Under the pieces are notes generated by a model. The model saw nothing but the letters and a program-made list of their open reading frames with translations, did not search any database and was not told the origin of the DNA. A DNA stretch of 64,000 bases, taken from NCBI GenBank assembly GCA_050486185.1, contig JBJHCT010000002.1, positions 1,623-65,622 on the forward strand. Reading direction: 5' to 3'. Numbering within the stretch: position 1 is the stretch's first letter; every line of letters starts with the position of its first letter. The DNA is from Candidatus Saccharimonadota bacterium. Lineage in GTDB: Bacteria; Patescibacteriota; Saccharimonadia; QS-5-54-17. Shown here piece by piece: positions 8,840 to 18,944 of the stretch. The translations under genes and the position numbers were made by a program.

Positions 8840-9763
8840 TTACTGACTTGTAAAGACCGAGTAAAGTGGCTCTTTTCTACTACCATCCAGACTATATAAG
8901 CCTAAATCAGCCCACTCCTCACCGGTTTCAGGTGAACCATACAACAAACCCCAAGATACGAACTGTACATTTCGACCATCGATAATCTCTGAAAAACGCT
9001 CATAAAAGGCAGCTTGAGATTCTCCAGCAGTACTATATCCTGATAAATAAGCCGGCAAATGAGTCCAACCAATCTCGGTAAAAGCTACTGGTATATCAAG
9101 CCTACTGGCAATATCGAAAGCCTGATCGTAGTAGTTACTAGGGATATCATTTAAGTTAGCGTATCTAGCAAATGGGTAGGAGGTTAGAGCTAGTAAGTCG
9201 ATTTTGAGATTATCTATCAACTCAGGCTCAAATCTCTCATACTGGAAAGTCGGATAGATGATACAGTCTGAGCACTCCGCCTTAATAGCATCATAGATAC
9301 CGTTATACGCACCTACAAATTCACTTTTGTGAGTCATCAGCTCTAGTTCGTTGCCTAAACCTATAAAAACAGGGTCATATTGCCTAACAAGCTCTAAATA
9401 GGCCTGTTTCAAGCCATCCATATCAGAAACACTACCACCGGCCATATTCGGTACTGGTAGGTCGTTATAGCCTAGCTCAAATCCAGCCCTGATAACTTCT
9501 GGAACCTCACCATCTAAAGAAGGAGCGTTAAAGAAACTTAAACCTACCTCATTAGCTCTTTGTAGATCAGTAGCAAAATCATCATGAAACACAAAGCCAA
9601 CACCGCTAGAGGTATTTAAATACTGTTTTCTCAGATCATTATCACTGCTTTTTATATCCAAAATAGAATCTGAAGACTTTCGGTCCGAAGTAATTACAAC
9701 AATAGTAGCTACTACAACCGATATAGCTAAGATTGCGAGAATGATAATGGCTAGTTTCTTCAT
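8840..9763 (-). CDS. Membrane-anchored glycoside hydrolase-like TIM barrel (clan GH-A)
   Basis: Signal anchor, IGLGNELE (candidate acid/base), TSYP and VAFTEIGW (candidate nucleophile). Confidence 0.7.
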   Translation of the reverse strand: MKKLAIIILAILAISVVVATIVVITSDRKSSDSILDIKSSDNDLRKQYLNTSSGVGFVFHDDFATDLQRANEVGLSFFNAPSLDGEVPEVIRAGFELGYNDLPVPNMAGGSVSDMDGLKQAYLELVRQYDPVFIGLGNELELMTHKSEFVGAYNGIYDAIKAECSDCIIYPTFQYERFEPELIDNLKIDLLALTSYPFARYANLNDIPSNYYDQAFDIASRLDIPVAFTEIGWTHLPAYLSGYSTAGESQAAFYERFSEIIDGRNVQFVSWGLLYGSPETGEEWADLGLYSLDGSRKEPLYSVFTSQ

Positions 9764-9879
9764 TAATAAGCCCTACTTCAGCTTAACTATTAATAGTTAA
9801 GCATAGCTTTTGAGTATATACAAAAGCTAGTCTCTTTATTTAGCTCTATGTGAGGCGGTATTGTCTTAGATACTGCCTT

Positions 9880-10401
9880 TTATTTGTTCTTTTGCCACGG
9901 CTTGATTTGCTCAAACTCGCTACTAGGTATGATAAAGGCCTCATTCACATCTAAATCGTGATGGGCCCAGTCTTCTAGACCGACAGGCTTTTGAACAGCA
10001 TCATCTCTTCTAGACTTTACAGGCGGTACCCCACCATTTTGTAGTAAATCGATAAAGCTTTTCCAACGCTCCTCAATTTTATCTTTAGCAATACCGCAGG
10101 ATACAATAGTTTTAAAGCCATTCTCGGCGATTATATGAAATATATAGGTAGAGTTCTTGGACGCATCGCTTTCTGAGCCTTCAATAATTTCCTTAATACA
10201 AAGACCTATACCATTTTTTAACTGCCTACCAGTGCTGTGGTGGCTGTCCCAGTCATTAATGTAAACCTCGCAATTATCTGCTTCTGATTCATCTTCGGCC
10301 TCACTTAGGAAGGCAGCAAGGTTTCTTAATAACACCTCAGCAGTTTGAGTGCTAGGCGGTAGTTCTGGCCCATAAATATCTGGACTTGGTGTCTTTTCCA
10401 T
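9880..10401 (-). CDS. Hypothetical protein
   Basis: 173-aa ORF with a GAGGAG SD upstream. No motif recognised. Confidence 0.6.
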   Translation of the reverse strand: MEKTPSPDIYGPELPPSTQTAEVLLRNLAAFLSEAEDESEADNCEVYINDWDSHHSTGRQLKNGIGLCIKEIIEGSESDASKNSTYIFHIIAENGFKTIVSCGIAKDKIEERWKSFIDLLQNGGVPPVKSRRDDAVQKPVGLEDWAHHDLDVNEAFIIPSSEFEQIKPWQKNK

Positions 10402-10489
10402 TCTTAAACTCTCCTCATGAATTGTATTTTTCAGTCATATTTATACCACCAATACTTATTTTTAGCAAATTTGCTACAATATATCCAAG

Positions 10490-11158
10490 ATGATGAGCAA
10501 CAGGAGCAAACAGCTTGATGCTACCGATAGGGTGCTAATCTGGACCCTAAAGATTATTAGGATTTTACTAGTTGGCTCGGTCGTTTTATCCTTACTGACT
10601 CTACACTGGATGGAGTTGTTTGTGAGCCTTACGGTGCTGGCTATGACTTATGTAGCTTCTGTAGTAGAGCGGTTGTATAAGATCAGGATGCCACTTGAGA
10701 TAGAGGCTTATATGGTGATATTGATTTATACCTCGATATTCTTAGGCGAGCTACATGGTTTTTATGGTCGTTTTTGGTGGTGGGACTCCATCATGCACTT
10801 TAGCGCTGCTATGGTCTTTGGTTTTATCGGTTTTTTGATCATGTATATGATCTATCATCGCCACAAGATTAAAGCTTCTGCCTCACTCATAGCCCTATTT
10901 GCTTTCTGTTTCTCTATGACGATTGGAGCTATGTGGGAGGTTTTTGAATTCATTATGGATCAGAGTTTTGATCTGACCATGCAGCCTAGCGGTTTTGATA
11001 CTATGGTCGATTTAATCCTCAACGCTATCGGAGCAGCGATCACCTCGGTAGTAGGTTACTTCTACATTAAAAGGGGTGAGATGAGCGTATTTCATCGATT
11101 AGTTAGCAGATTCATGAGAGATAATCCGCACATTGCTAAGACTGTAGCTAAAAAGTAA
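10490..11158 (+). CDS. Integral membrane protein (YjdF/DUF2238-like)
   Basis: WWWDSIMHF, GAMWEVFEF and DTMVDLILNAIGA motifs in a multi-TM protein. Confidence 0.75.
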   Translation: MMSNRSKQLDATDRVLIWTLKIIRILLVGSVVLSLLTLHWMELFVSLTVLAMTYVASVVERLYKIRMPLEIEAYMVILIYTSIFLGELHGFYGRFWWWDSIMHFSAAMVFGFIGFLIMYMIYHRHKIKASASLIALFAFCFSMTIGAMWEVFEFIMDQSFDLTMQPSGFDTMVDLILNAIGAAITSVVGYFYIKRGEMSVFHRLVSRFMRDNPHIAKTVAKK

Positions 11159-11207
11159 TTTAAAGCCAAAGATTTAAAATCTAAAATAGGTAAAAAGATA
11201 GGTGGTA

Positions 11208-11396
11208 TTAGTAGCGGCCATGCTCGGTCTTTTTCCAGACCCAGTAAGCGCTCCAGCCAGCACCGATCATGATCAATATAGAAGAGCCAAAAAACTCTAT
11301 GCCAACACTGGCAAGTAGGCGTAGCAATAGCCATAAAATAGTAAATACAGCTATAAATACAGCTATAGCTCGAAATTTAGCGTCAGTTAAATTCAT
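11208..11396 (-). CDS. Small two-TM membrane protein
   Basis: 62 aa with two hydrophobic helices. A GATACT box lies 7 nt upstream of the ATG, as for other genes here. Confidence 0.6.
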   Translation of the reverse strand: MNLTDAKFRAIAVFIAVFTILWLLLRLLASVGIEFFGSSILIMIGAGWSAYWVWKKTEHGRY

Positions 11397-11445
11397 GTGG
11401 TTTAGTATCCTTGAAAAATCGATCTAAGGCAACATCCTAGCATAA

Positions 11446-11928
11446 TTAAAAACGAGCTAGGTGCCTTTGGTGATTAGTGATACTAGAGCGTAAATCATCT
11501 GCAAAACTATCACTTAGGTTGTCTAAATCAAGCCTTTGTAAATTATCCAAACTATACTGCAGGTATTCCTCTACAGCCTCTTTGTAGATTTGATCTAGGT
11601 TCTCTCCGGCCTGATTAATCTCATCTACTGCCCAAGAGTCGGCTCTAGCCGGTGGGCTACCAAAATTGTCTCGGTAATGTTGGGATAAAACCTGGTAGTC
11701 ACTACTGGTAGTACTGAGTATGTTGGTAGCAAGTGATTGAGTATTAATATCAGACGATCTACCACTAGTAATATCACTGATTTCGATAATATTCACTTGA
11801 GCTTGCAAGCTGTTTCTTAAAGCTACTTCTTGGGGGTCGTCGCTACCTAAAATCATACTAAGTAGCCATAGAAATAAAGCAATCCCAAATACTATGCCGG
11901 TAATTACTAGTAATTTCGAAGTATCCAT
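11446..11928 (-). CDS. Membrane-anchored helical protein, hypothetical
   Basis: N-terminal TM helix. Extended -10 TGcTATAAT lies 7 nt upstream. Confidence 0.7.
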   Translation of the reverse strand: MDTSKLLVITGIVFGIALFLWLLSMILGSDDPQEVALRNSLQAQVNIIEISDITSGRSSDINTQSLATNILSTTSSDYQVLSQHYRDNFGSPPARADSWAVDEINQAGENLDQIYKEAVEEYLQYSLDNLQRLDLDNLSDSFADDLRSSITNHQRHLARF

Positions 11929-11986
11929 AAGGGTGATTATAGCATTAATTGGCTAAAAACAGCCTGCACCATATATACTAAAAGAT

Positions 11987-13729
11987 ATGGATGAGGTCAC
12001 GGAAATTAAAGACCGCCTAGGCGTGGAAGAAGTGGTAGGCGAATATGTTCAGCTTAAACAGGCTGGGCGTAATTTCAAGGGTCTTTGCCCGTTCCATCAT
12101 GAGAAGACTCCTAGCTTCATAGTTAGTCCTGACAAGGGGATATACCACTGTTTTGGTTGCAATGAAGGTGGCGATATCCTTAGCTTTGTACAAAAAGTCG
12201 ATGGCTTAGATTTTCGTAGTGCTCTAGAAGTTCTAGCCCGTAAAGCTGGTGTAGAACTACCAGAGAAAACTGTCGGTAGCGCTAAAGCTAAAAAACGTAA
12301 AGACAAGGCCTACGAAATACTGTCTAAATCGGCTCAATACTACCACATACTACTTTCTAAAAATGACACCGCTAAAAACTACGTAATCAAAGACCGCCAA
12401 ATCAATACAGATACTATTAAAAACTTTAAATTAGGCTGGTCCCCGAATAGAAGTGATTCATTGGTGAGTTTCTTGAAAAAACAGGGGTATTCTGAATCTG
12501 AAATCGTTGACAGTGGCCTGGGAACTAATAGGCGTGGGTCTTTGAGCGATATGTTTCGTGGCCGCATTATGGTGCCTTTTATCGATATTCAAGGTAGAGT
12601 AGTTGGTTTTACGGGACGCATCCTAAAAGACGATGGTAATGGTCCGAAGTATCTCAATACACCTCAAGGACTAGTTTTTGATAAAGGTAGATTTGTCTTC
12701 GGCCTATACCAAGCTAAAGACAGCATTAGAGAGCAAGACGAGACAGTAGTGGTTGAGGGTAACTTAGATGTAGTTAGTTCTCATCAGGCTGGAGTAACTA
12801 ACGTAGTAGCTATGAGCGGTACAGCGGTAACTACGGCTCAATTAAAACAACTCACTAGGTTAAGTTCCAATATCACTCTAGCTTTTGATGCCGATGAGGC
12901 CGGTATTAAGGCTACTGAGCGAATTATTCCATTAGCTCAGGAAGTCGATGCTAACTTATATATCGCCACTATGCCAGAAGGCTCAGATCCAGATGACATC
13001 ATCAAACAAGACCTAAAGCGCTGGCAACAGATTTTAGCCGATAAGGTGTATGTTATGGATTGGCTGATCGAAGGCCTTAAAAGTAAGTATGACCTAACTC
13101 AATCTCAGTCCAAAAAGGATTTTACCACCCGCATTAGCTCTAGTTTGTTACGCCTTAAAGACCCGGTTGAAAGAGAACACTATATCGAGCAGGTAGCCTC
13201 ATTAGTAGGGGTAGCACCATCAGTTATAACCGATAAGCTATCTACCTCTAAACAACCTGCATCTAGTAAGCTAAAATCGGTCAATAAAGAGGCTGTCAAT
13301 AATAGTATAGTTCATGATGATATGAGGACGGTACTGGATGCACTCCTGAGTCTAGTGGTGACCTATCCAGATACTCGCAGTGCTGTAGATGATATCAAAG
13401 ACAGTCATTTACCAGAAAATATTATGCCTTTAATTGAATGGCTGAAAAAACATGAAGAGGATATATCTGATGTGCAACTACCCAAGAGATTGCAATCACT
13501 GGATAACTATGTCAAAATACTCCTATTAAAGGGTGAAGAAATATATGGGCCATGGAACGGTGTAGATAGGCAAGTAGAAGCCTTCAGCCTGGCCCACCGC
13601 CTAGAAGAATTACAAAACAAAAGATACAAACAACAACTTAGTCAGGAGATTGCTGCAGCTGAAGCTGCCGGTGATACCGATTTGAGACAGAAACTATTAA
13701 ATAAATATCAACAAGCTAGTAAATCTTAA
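11987..13729 (+). CDS. dnaG: DNA primase
   Basis: CPFHHEKTPSF...CFGC zinc ribbon, KYLNTP, and TOPRIM motifs VVEGNLDV and FDADEAG. Confidence 0.98.
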   Translation: MDEVTEIKDRLGVEEVVGEYVQLKQAGRNFKGLCPFHHEKTPSFIVSPDKGIYHCFGCNEGGDILSFVQKVDGLDFRSALEVLARKAGVELPEKTVGSAKAKKRKDKAYEILSKSAQYYHILLSKNDTAKNYVIKDRQINTDTIKNFKLGWSPNRSDSLVSFLKKQGYSESEIVDSGLGTNRRGSLSDMFRGRIMVPFIDIQGRVVGFTGRILKDDGNGPKYLNTPQGLVFDKGRFVFGLYQAKDSIREQDETVVVEGNLDVVSSHQAGVTNVVAMSGTAVTTAQLKQLTRLSSNITLAFDADEAGIKATERIIPLAQEVDANLYIATMPEGSDPDDIIKQDLKRWQQILADKVYVMDWLIEGLKSKYDLTQSQSKKDFTTRISSSLLRLKDPVEREHYIEQVASLVGVAPSVITDKLSTSKQPASSKLKSVNKEAVNNSIVHDDMRTVLDALLSLVVTYPDTRSAVDDIKDSHLPENIMPLIEWLKKHEEDISDVQLPKRLQSLDNYVKILLLKGEEIYGPWNGVDRQVEAFSLAHRLEELQNKRYKQQLSQEIAAAEAAGDTDLRQKLLNKYQQASKS

Positions 13730-13808
13730 GCTAAAAGATATCTAGATCAATTATCAAACAACCTAGGCGTCAATAATGCAAAGTAAGTTAATTTAAAGGG
13801 AGGACATT

Positions 13809-14903
13809 TTGCCAAAAGCTAAAAATACCAATGCTAAGCCCAAGAACGATCCAGAAGAGGAGGCTTTAAAGCTACTTAAAAAGGGTCAGAGACAGGGCTA
13901 CATAGACTACAAAGAAGTAGTTAAAAAGATTGAAGACAAGGAAGACAATATCGATGTCCTAGATCAGCTGCACTCCGATCTAATCGATGCTGGTGTCGAG
14001 ATTATTAACGAAAAAGGTAGTACTTGGGAAGATGAGGATGAGGACGATAATGCCAGTAACTACATCGATGATATATCAGATGACTCAGTCCGTCTTTATC
14101 TGCGTGATATCGGTAAAACCCCCTTGCTATCTGCCGAAGAAGAGGTAGCGTTAGCTACCAAAGTGGTTAACGGAGATAAGGGTGCTAAAGATAAGATGGC
14201 CGAGGCTAATATGCGTTTAGTAGTCTCTATTGCTAAGAAGTATGTTGGACGAGGTTTAGATCTACTTGATCTAATCCAGGAAGGCAACACCGGACTCTTA
14301 AGAGCTGTTGAGAAGTTTGATCCTACTAGAGGGTTTAAGTTCTCAACTTATGCTACTTGGTGGATCCGTCAGGCTATTACCCGCGCTATAGCCGATCAAG
14401 CTCGTACAATCCGCATACCGGTGCACATGGTTGAGACTATTAATAAGTTGATGCGTACGCAACGGCGTATGACTCAGGAGATGGGTAGAGAGCCAACTAA
14501 TGAAGAGCTAGCTAAAGAGATGGAGCTTGAGATCGAAAAAGTCGAGTACATCATGAAGATCAAACAAGACATATCCTCACTTGACGCACCGGTTAGAGAG
14601 GATGAAGACGAGTCTAAACTAGGTGATTTCATCGAGGATGAAGACTCGGCTACTCCAGAAGAGACCGCTACTCAGCAGCTACTTAAAGAGCACGTCAACG
14701 TTATGTTGGATGTACTTTCTCCTAGAGAACAAAAGATTTTGAAGATGCGCTTTGGCCTAGAAGATGGCCGCACCCATACCCTAGAAGAAGTGGGCTATGA
14801 GTTCGGTGTAACCAGGGAGAGAATTAGACAGATTGAAGCTAAAGCTCTGGCGAAACTGCGCAAGAACAAAGAATCTAGAGAGCTGAAAGACTACTTAGGT
14901 TAA
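13809..14903 (+). CDS. rpoD: Primary sigma factor
   Basis: [52 protein letters not shown] and [16 protein letters not shown] start with a GGAGG SD. Confidence 0.98.
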   Translation: MPKAKNTNAKPKNDPEEEALKLLKKGQRQGYIDYKEVVKKIEDKEDNIDVLDQLHSDLIDAGVEIINEKGSTWEDEDEDDNASNYIDDISDDSVRLYLRDIGKTPLLSAEEEVALATKVVNGDKGAKDKMAEANMRLVVSIAKKYVGRGLDLLDLIQEGNTGLLRAVEKFDPTRGFKFSTYATWWIRQAITRAIADQARTIRIPVHMVETINKLMRTQRRMTQEMGREPTNEELAKEMELEIEKVEYIMKIKQDISSLDAPVREDEDESKLGDFIEDEDSATPEETATQQLLKEHVNVMLDVLSPREQKILKMRFGLEDGRTHTLEEVGYEFGVTRERIRQIEAKALAKLRKNKESRELKDYLG

Positions 14904-14973
14904 AACAACTCAACCTAGATCGTAGTTGAACCTTACTCGATAGGTGAGCCTAAAAGATATATACTAACTAAAT

Positions 14974-17538
14974 ATGAGTGAGCGGAAGAAACTGGCAGTA
15001 ATTGATGGTAAGTCAGTGCTATATCGTGGCTACTATGCCATGACCCATCTGGCTAATAGACAGGGTAAGCCGACCGGAGCGACCTATGGCTTTGCCATGA
15101 TGGCGCTTAAAGTGGTCAATGATATCAAGCCCGATTACGTCATAGTGGCTTGGGATAAATCAAAGACCAATACTCACTCAAGACGCAAACTCTACAAAGA
15201 CTACAAGGCCAATAGAAAGCCTATGCCAGAAGACCTGCGAGAACAGATACCAGATGTTAGAGATCTTTGCGAAGCTCTGTCTTGGCCTTTCTTGGAGATA
15301 GATGATTATGAAGCCGATGACATTATGGGCACATTATCAGAAGAGGCCAAGGGCCGGGGTTTAGACGTAGTCTTAGTTACTAGCGACTTAGATACACTGC
15401 AGTTAGTCAATGGCCATACCAGTGTTTTGGCATTAAAAACAGGTTTGAGTAAAACCATTAGTTACGATGAGGCCGAAGTCAAAAGAGAGTTTGGTATGAC
15501 ACCGGCTCAGTTCGGTGATTACAAGGCTCTTAGAGGCGATCCTAGCGATAATATACCGGGTGTAAGTGGTGTAGGAGAGAAGACCGCCAAAGAGTTAATA
15601 GCAGATTACGGCTCCCTAGATGAGGTGTATAAGCATCTAGAAGATATAAAGCCTAATCTAGCTGATAAGTTGAGGAAAGATAAAGACATGGCTTATTTAA
15701 GCCGTGACTTAGTTGATATTATTTGCGATTTACCAATAGAGCTAGATCTAAAAGCGGCCGATGTGAAGGACTGCCAACCGGCCAAGATAGAGGCGCTATT
15801 TAATAGCTTAGGCTTTCGTAGACTCAAAGATGAACTGCCTGAATGGATGAAACCAGAGGTCGGTCTGTTTGCCGATACTAGTGGTGAAAATTCTCAAGAG
15901 GCAGAAGTCGAAGCTATAAAAATCGAATCCAAGAGTGAAAATAATGAAAAGATTAAAGAAAAGCAGGCCTTGGTGGTTGTTTTGGATCAAAAAGTCCTAG
16001 TGAGTCCAAGCAATAAACAGGCCTACATAACAGATATCAATAACCTAGAGGCTGATAGTATCTTGGCCTTTCACGCCAAAGATGAGCTGAAAAAGCTAAC
16101 TAATAAACCAGAGGTAGACTTTGATGTGACTATTGCGGCTTTTGTGTTCAACCCATTACTGAGAAGACAGACTTTCTCTGAAGCTGCTCAAGACTCTTTA
16201 GGTTTAACGGTATCTGATATTGAGCGCAAAGACGATGTAGATTTAGAGTTAGCCGGTAAGCACTTGAGCTTGCTTTGGCAGATGATTAATCATTACAGAC
16301 AAGAGCTAGCAAAAACTTCCAAATTAGAATCGGTCTTAACTGATATCGAGTGGCCACTAATACCGGTAATAGCTAGTATGGAGCAACGAGGAGTGAAGCT
16401 CGATAGTAGCTACTTAGCTGACATGAGCCAAGATTTTACTGGCCGCATTGAAGAGTTGAGTCAAGCTATATACAAGCAGGCCGGTCAGGAATTTAATATC
16501 AACTCGCCTAATCAGCTGCAGGGAATATTATTTGAGAAGTTAAATATTTCTAGCGAAGGGATTAAGAAGACTAAATCGGGATTTTCAACCGGAGCTAGTG
16601 AGTTAGAGAAGCTGCGCATACTTCATCCAATTATCGATTTAATTAGCCACTATAGGGAATTGAACAAATTAAAAAGCACCTATATCGACGCCTTGCCTAA
16701 ATTAGTTGATGAAAATGGTAGGTTGCATACAACTTTAACCCAGACCGTAGCTCAGACGGGTAGACTCTCTAGTCTCAATCCTAATTTACAGAATATTCCT
16801 ATCAGAACAGAAGAGGGGAGAGCTATCAGACGCGCCTTTATAGCAGAGACAGGTAACACCCTAATTAGTGCCGATTATTCGCAGTTTGAACTAAGACTGG
16901 CTGCAATCCTAAGTGGTGATGAACAAATGATTGCTGCATTTAATAGTGGTTTAGACATTCACGTTCAGACCGCGGCTGAGCTATACGGAATCGATATTAA
17001 AGACGTTAGCAAGGAGCAGCGCTACAATGCCAAGGCGGTTAATTTTGGAGTCATGTATGGCATGAGTGCACACGGCCTATCGGTCTCTACCGGCATGAGC
17101 CGTGATGAGGCCAAGAACTTTATCGATAAATATTTTGATATTAGGCCTAAGCTAAAAGAGTATTTAGATAAATTAAAGAAAATTGCCAAGGAAGAGGGCT
17201 ATGTAGAGACTATGTTTGGTAGGCGCAGGCCTATGCCGGATATTAAATCAAGCAACTTTGCCGTTAGAAATGCTGCCGAGCGAGCCGCTATTAATATGCC
17301 ACTTCAGGGTAGTGCCGCCGATTTAATGAAACTAGCTATGGTAGAGGTGGATAAGCAGCTAGATGATGATTGCTGGCAGATACTGCAGATTCACGACTCC
17401 ATCTTGATAGAGTGTCCGAAAAGCAAAGCTGAGCAGTTAGCCGCTAAAGTAGAAGAGGTGATGGAGAATATAAAGCCTGATTTAGAGGTTAAATTAGAGG
17501 TAGATACTAGTATTGGTGATACCTGGGCTGACCTATAA
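14974..17538 (+). CDS. polA: DNA polymerase I
   Basis: 5'-3' exonuclease (YKANR, YEADD, GDPSDNIPGV) and polymerase motifs (ADYSQFELR, AKAVNFGVMYG, QIHD). The central 3'-5' exonuclease region is degenerate. Confidence 0.98.
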   Translation: MSERKKLAVIDGKSVLYRGYYAMTHLANRQGKPTGATYGFAMMALKVVNDIKPDYVIVAWDKSKTNTHSRRKLYKDYKANRKPMPEDLREQIPDVRDLCEALSWPFLEIDDYEADDIMGTLSEEAKGRGLDVVLVTSDLDTLQLVNGHTSVLALKTGLSKTISYDEAEVKREFGMTPAQFGDYKALRGDPSDNIPGVSGVGEKTAKELIADYGSLDEVYKHLEDIKPNLADKLRKDKDMAYLSRDLVDIICDLPIELDLKAADVKDCQPAKIEALFNSLGFRRLKDELPEWMKPEVGLFADTSGENSQEAEVEAIKIESKSENNEKIKEKQALVVVLDQKVLVSPSNKQAYITDINNLEADSILAFHAKDELKKLTNKPEVDFDVTIAAFVFNPLLRRQTFSEAAQDSLGLTVSDIERKDDVDLELAGKHLSLLWQMINHYRQELAKTSKLESVLTDIEWPLIPVIASMEQRGVKLDSSYLADMSQDFTGRIEELSQAIYKQAGQEFNINSPNQLQGILFEKLNISSEGIKKTKSGFSTGASELEKLRILHPIIDLISHYRELNKLKSTYIDALPKLVDENGRLHTTLTQTVAQTGRLSSLNPNLQNIPIRTEEGRAIRRAFIAETGNTLISADYSQFELRLAAILSGDEQMIAAFNSGLDIHVQTAAELYGIDIKDVSKEQRYNAKAVNFGVMYGMSAHGLSVSTGMSRDEAKNFIDKYFDIRPKLKEYLDKLKKIAKEEGYVETMFGRRRPMPDIKSSNFAVRNAAERAAINMPLQGSAADLMKLAMVEVDKQLDDDCWQILQIHDSILIECPKSKAEQLAAKVEEVMENIKPDLEVKLEVDTSIGDTWADL

Positions 17539-17559
17539 CGTGCTATATTAATCTTAGGT

Positions 17560-18012
17560 ATGAACAAGATTAAAGAACTAGTTAATTCTAAGTTGTTTTG
17601 GCTACAAGTAGCTTTCGTAGTCTCCCTATCGGCTGCTTTAGGTAGTCTAATTTTAGAGTATGTTTTAAGTTTATTGCCCTGCACGCTTTGTTGGTGGCAG
17701 CGCATCTTCATGTATCCGCTACCGTTTATATTAGGGGCTGCCTTAATCCAGAAAAAGTTTGATGTTTTCTGGTACGCTTTCCCTATGGTAGTGGTAGGTG
17801 CTAGCGTTGCTATATTCCACTACAGTTTACAGATTCTACCTAGAGCAGCCGATGTTTGCGGACCTAGTATTATATCTTGCACCGAGAGACAGATAGATAT
17901 CTTAGGCTTTATGACTATACCGTTTGGGTCCTTGATAGCCTTTATCGCTATAGGTTTTGCACTAGTTATGCTCAAGCGAGCTCAAACTATCACTTCAGAT
18001 TCAAAAGACTAA
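17560..18012 (+). CDS. dsbB: Disulfide bond formation protein B
   Basis: PCTLCWWQRIFMYP, a second Cys pair and GFMTIP in a 4-TM protein. Confidence 0.9.
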   Translation: MNKIKELVNSKLFWLQVAFVVSLSAALGSLILEYVLSLLPCTLCWWQRIFMYPLPFILGAALIQKKFDVFWYAFPMVVVGASVAIFHYSLQILPRAADVCGPSIISCTERQIDILGFMTIPFGSLIAFIAIGFALVMLKRAQTITSDSKD

Positions 18013-18029
18013 AAAGTAACTATATAGCT

Positions 18030-18908
18030 ATGCCAGAACTACCAGAAGTCGAAACTATTAAACGAGGACTCGAGAAGGTATTGATCGGCCAATCTATCAA
18101 GAGTGTTGAGGTTCTTTGGTCTAACTCTATGTCGGTAGAAGAACAAGAAATAGCAGATAATATCATCGATGCTGAGATTGTCGGTATCACTAGACGGGGC
18201 AAGGTCTTAATCATCGATCTTAGCAGCCAATATAGCTTATTAATCCATCTAAAAATGACCGGACAGCTAGTGTTGGATAGCTCAGATAAACGCAGTTTCA
18301 CTAGGTTAGCCGGTGGCCATCCAACCAAGTCTTTAGCGGCTGATCTACCGGATAACAGCACTAGAGCGGTATTTACTACCAGCGAGGGGCATAGGTTGTT
18401 CTTTAATGATCAGCGCAAGTTCGGTTGGATTAAGCTAGTTAAATCAAAAGATATAAGCAGCCAAAAACTGCTGCAATTAATGGGCCCAGAACCTCTAGAG
18501 AGCAGTTACTCACTGAAAGAGTTTGCCGCTAAACTGTCTAAAACCAGTAGACCTATTAAGGCCGTCATCTTGGATCAGACTGTTGTAGCTGGGGTTGGTA
18601 ATATCTATGCTGATGAGGCGCTGCATTTAGCCAAGGTTCATCCCTTAAAACCCGCTAAGGATCTATCGCAAGCTCAGGTTAAACGTATATTCGAAGCTAT
18701 ACCAACAGTGATGCGCCTGAGCCTCGACTATGGTGGTACTAGTTTTACCAACTACGTAAACGCCAATGGTCTCAAAGGCGACTATTTAGCTAACGCCAGA
18801 GTGTTTCGCAGAGAAGATCAGAAATGTTTAGAGTGCGGGGTTGTTATAGAGAAGATAAGAGTTGCCGGTAGAGGCACACATATCTGCCCTAAGTGTCAAA
18901 AGCTCTAG
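18030..18908 (+). CDS. mutM: Formamidopyrimidine-DNA glycosylase
   Basis: True start MPELPEVE at 18030, then RRGK, HLKMTG, GVGNIYADE and a C-terminal zinc finger. Confidence 0.97.
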   Translation: MPELPEVETIKRGLEKVLIGQSIKSVEVLWSNSMSVEEQEIADNIIDAEIVGITRRGKVLIIDLSSQYSLLIHLKMTGQLVLDSSDKRSFTRLAGGHPTKSLAADLPDNSTRAVFTTSEGHRLFFNDQRKFGWIKLVKSKDISSQKLLQLMGPEPLESSYSLKEFAAKLSKTSRPIKAVILDQTVVAGVGNIYADEALHLAKVHPLKPAKDLSQAQVKRIFEAIPTVMRLSLDYGGTSFTNYVNANGLKGDYLANARVFRREDQKCLECGVVIEKIRVAGRGTHICPKCQKL

Positions 18909-18944
18909 ATAGTCTAGATGAAATGTTAGATACTAGTTAGTGAG

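Noticed and set aside
17877-18029. 51-aa N-terminal extension of MutM in the ORF track
   Set aside because: It overlaps dsbB, and MutM needs the N-terminal Pro of MPELPEV, so the start is 18030.
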